The notes under the pieces: generated by a model
What the model saw: the letters and a program-made list of their open reading frames with translations, nothing else
Database searches by the model: none
Told to the model about the DNA's origin: nothing
From: Fidelibacterota bacterium
GTDB lineage: Bacteria; Fidelibacterota; Marinisomatia; Marinisomatales; Marinisomataceae
Direction: 5' to 3'
DNA length: 64,000 bases
Assembly: GCA_965212055.1 (NCBI GenBank)
Contig: OZ243041.1
Location: 224,001 to 288,000, forward strand
Program-made: the position numbers and the translations under genes
Shown: piece after piece, positions 61,719 through 64,000 of the stretch
Layout of the letters: each line of letters begins with the position of its first letter
Position numbering within the stretch: the first letter of the stretch is position 1

Positions 61719-64000
61719 ATGTCTATTGAAATTAAAAAATGTGCTGTATTAGGCGCTGGAGTTATGGGTGCACAAATTGCTGGCCATCTATCAAATGCAG
61801 GAATTCCGTCTTTACTATTTGATATTAATGATGAATTAGCAAGAAAAGGAGTTGATGGATTAAAAAGTCTTAAACCAGCACCACTATTTGATAAAAAGAA
61901 TGCGTCTTTGATCACACCGTGTACTTACGATAATGATTTAGAAAAACTAGTTGAATGTGATTTAATTATTGAAGCAGTTGCAGAGAGAATTGAAATTAAA
62001 CATGATGTTTATAAAAAATTATTACCTCATCTAAAAAAGGATGCAATTATAACATCAAATACATCAGGTATCCCTTTAGCGAATCTCGTTGAAGTTCTTC
62101 CTGATGATATTCAAGAAAGATTTCTAATTACTCATTTTTTCAATCCTCCTAGATATTTAAAGCTATTAGAATTGGTTAAAGGAAAAAAGACATCTGAGGA
62201 TGTTTACAATGCAGTTGCTGATTTTGGGGAGACTGTTTTAGGTAAGGGCATTGTTCACGCAAAAGATACTCCAGGGTTTATCGGAAATAGACTTATTAAT
62301 GCAGGGGGTAGGCTTGTTCTGGAGAAAGCATTAGAAATGGGATTATCAGTTGAAGATGTAGATGCCCTTAGTGGAACTTTGGTTGGCAATGCAAAAAGCG
62401 CATATTTTAGAACTCAAGATATTGTTGGTTTAGATACAGCGCTTAATGTATCCAATAATATGTATGAAAGAGTGACAACAGAAAGCGAAGAAGAAAGACA
62501 AAAATTTAAGGCACATGAACTTTTAGTAAAGCTTGTTGAAGATGGAAGATTAGGTCAAAAAACAGGTTCAGGATGGTACAAAAAAGAAGGAAAACAGATT
62601 CTTTCACTAGATTTTGATACTATGGAATATACACCTACTAAAAAGAGTAGATTTGATACAATTAGAGTAGGAAAAGGTATTAAAAATCTGAAGAAAAGAT
62701 TAGAAGCAATAACATTCTTAGATGATAAAGGAGCAAAATTTTTGTGGGAATGTAATGCTCCAATGTTAACCTACACTGCAGAAATGATTCCAGAGATTGC
62801 TGATAGTATTATTGAGATTGATAATACTATGAAATGGGGTTTTACAAGACAAATAGGAACATTTGAATCTTGGGACGCTATTGGCGTTGAAAGATCTGTT
62901 GAAAAAATGAAAGCGGAAAATAGAAAAGTCCCTGCTTGGGTTGAAGAAATGCTTGCTTCAGGAAGAAAATCATTTTATGAAACTCAAAATGGAAAAATGA
63001 CTTATTGGTGTCCACTAAAAAAGAAAGCATTGGAATATAAACCAAGTAAAAAGACATTAAATCTCAATTTATATAAGAATTCTAAGCATACTTTGAAAAG
63101 AGACTGGAGTGCCAGTATTCATGATATTGGAGATGGTGTATTAAATGTAGAATTTCATTCTATTTTTGTTCCACAAATGAATCCTATTGATCGATCAATG
63201 GTTGAAATTATGTCTCATGCTATGGATTTACTTGACACTGGAAAATATAAAGGCCTTGTTATTGGTCACCAAGGAGACAATTGGTCTGCAGGAGCAAATG
63301 TCAATGATTTTAAGATAGCTATAGATACAGATAATCTACATGTAATGGAGGTTGGTACTAAACAAATGCAAGATTTAACTCAAAGAGTTAGACATTCAAA
63401 GCATCCAGTAGTTGCTTGTCCATTTAATTTTGCATTGGGTGGCGGTTTAGAGTTTTATGCTTGTTCCAATCATTCAGTTGCATCCGGAGAGCTTTATGCT
63501 GGTTTAGTTGAAGCAGGTGTAGGACTTGTACCTGGTGCAGGCGGCCATTTAAGAGTAATTCTTAATTTGCTTGAAAATAATGATGCTAAAAATGTTAATA
63601 TGCTTATTGCTAGAAAAGCTGTTGAAGTAATTAATCCATTAAGTGTATCTCGAAGTGCGACTGACGCAGTAAAGAAAGGCTTTCTTAGAAAAAGCGATAC
63701 CATATCAATGAATTCTGATCACTTATTAGCAATTGGAAAGCAAAAAGTTCTTGAAATGAGTGATAATGGTTATAAGCCTCCAAAATATAGAGATGATCTA
63801 ACGATGCCTGGAATGCCTCTTAGAACAATGGTTCAAGTAAATACTAAAATGATGAGAGCACAAGGCAAAATATCTGAACATGATGAATTCATTGCTTTAA
63901 AGACTGCTGATATCATCAGTGGCGGTAAGAAAGGTGGTATTATGTCAAAGGTTGATGAACAATATATATTAGATATTGAAAGAGAAGCTTTTATGTCCTT
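61719..64000 (+). CDS. fadN: 3-hydroxyacyl-CoA dehydrogenase / enoyl-CoA hydratase (FadN-like), 3'-truncated by the window
   Basis: Read from the sequence (absent from the track): LGAGVMG, EAVAE, SNTSG, HFFNPPRYLKLLE, LGQKTG.G, ALGGG.E, GLVEAGVGLVP. Confidence 0.92.
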   Translation, partial: MSIEIKKCAVLGAGVMGAQIAGHLSNAGIPSLLFDINDELARKGVDGLKSLKPAPLFDKKNASLITPCTYDNDLEKLVECDLIIEAVAERIEIKHDVYKKLLPHLKKDAIITSNTSGIPLANLVEVLPDDIQERFLITHFFNPPRYLKLLELVKGKKTSEDVYNAVADFGETVLGKGIVHAKDTPGFIGNRLINAGGRLVLEKALEMGLSVEDVDALSGTLVGNAKSAYFRTQDIVGLDTALNVSNNMYERVTTESEEERQKFKAHELLVKLVEDGRLGQKTGSGWYKKEGKQILSLDFDTMEYTPTKKSRFDTIRVGKGIKNLKKRLEAITFLDDKGAKFLWECNAPMLTYTAEMIPEIADSIIEIDNTMKWGFTRQIGTFESWDAIGVERSVEKMKAENRKVPAWVEEMLASGRKSFYETQNGKMTYWCPLKKKALEYKPSKKTLNLNLYKNSKHTLKRDWSASIHDIGDGVLNVEFHSIFVPQMNPIDRSMVEIMSHAMDLLDTGKYKGLVIGHQGDNWSAGANVNDFKIAIDTDNLHVMEVGTKQMQDLTQRVRHSKHPVVACPFNFALGGGLEFYACSNHSVASGELYAGLVEAGVGLVPGAGGHLRVILNLLENNDAKNVNMLIARKAVEVINPLSVSRSATDAVKKGFLRKSDTISMNSDHLLAIGKQKVLEMSDNGYKPPKYRDDLTMPGMPLRTMVQVNTKMMRAQGKISEHDEFIALKTADIISGGKKGGIMSKVDEQYILDIEREAFMS

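Overview
AT-rich bacterial chromosome segment, densely coding, with no integrase, transposase, rRNA or CRISPR array seen. Gene content suggests an aerobic marine heterotroph of the FCB group, possibly Marinimicrobia-like (inference only). Recognisable blocks: a five-gene TM2 / CD225(dispanin) / DUF2752 membrane cassette with a duplicated zinc-ribbon module; a tandem-duplicated micro-gene; acs; a lipid/acyl-CoA cluster (two DUF1295, SDRs, ACAD, acyltransferase); CDP-glycerol surface-glycan genes; ybdK-queCEDF; a cold-shock gene and tRNA-Lys(CTT); sppA; glpX plus class I aldolase; sodB/tpx; a complete alternative complex III (actA-G) plus caa3 oxidase (A2 type) and heme A/O maturation supercluster; rpe-tkt-rpiB; and a TetR-headed beta-oxidation operon running off the right end. 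Several single-base frameshifts in otherwise intact genes, plus one scrambled MORN-repeat locus, suggest long-read consensus errors. All calls come from motif recognition; no searches were run.
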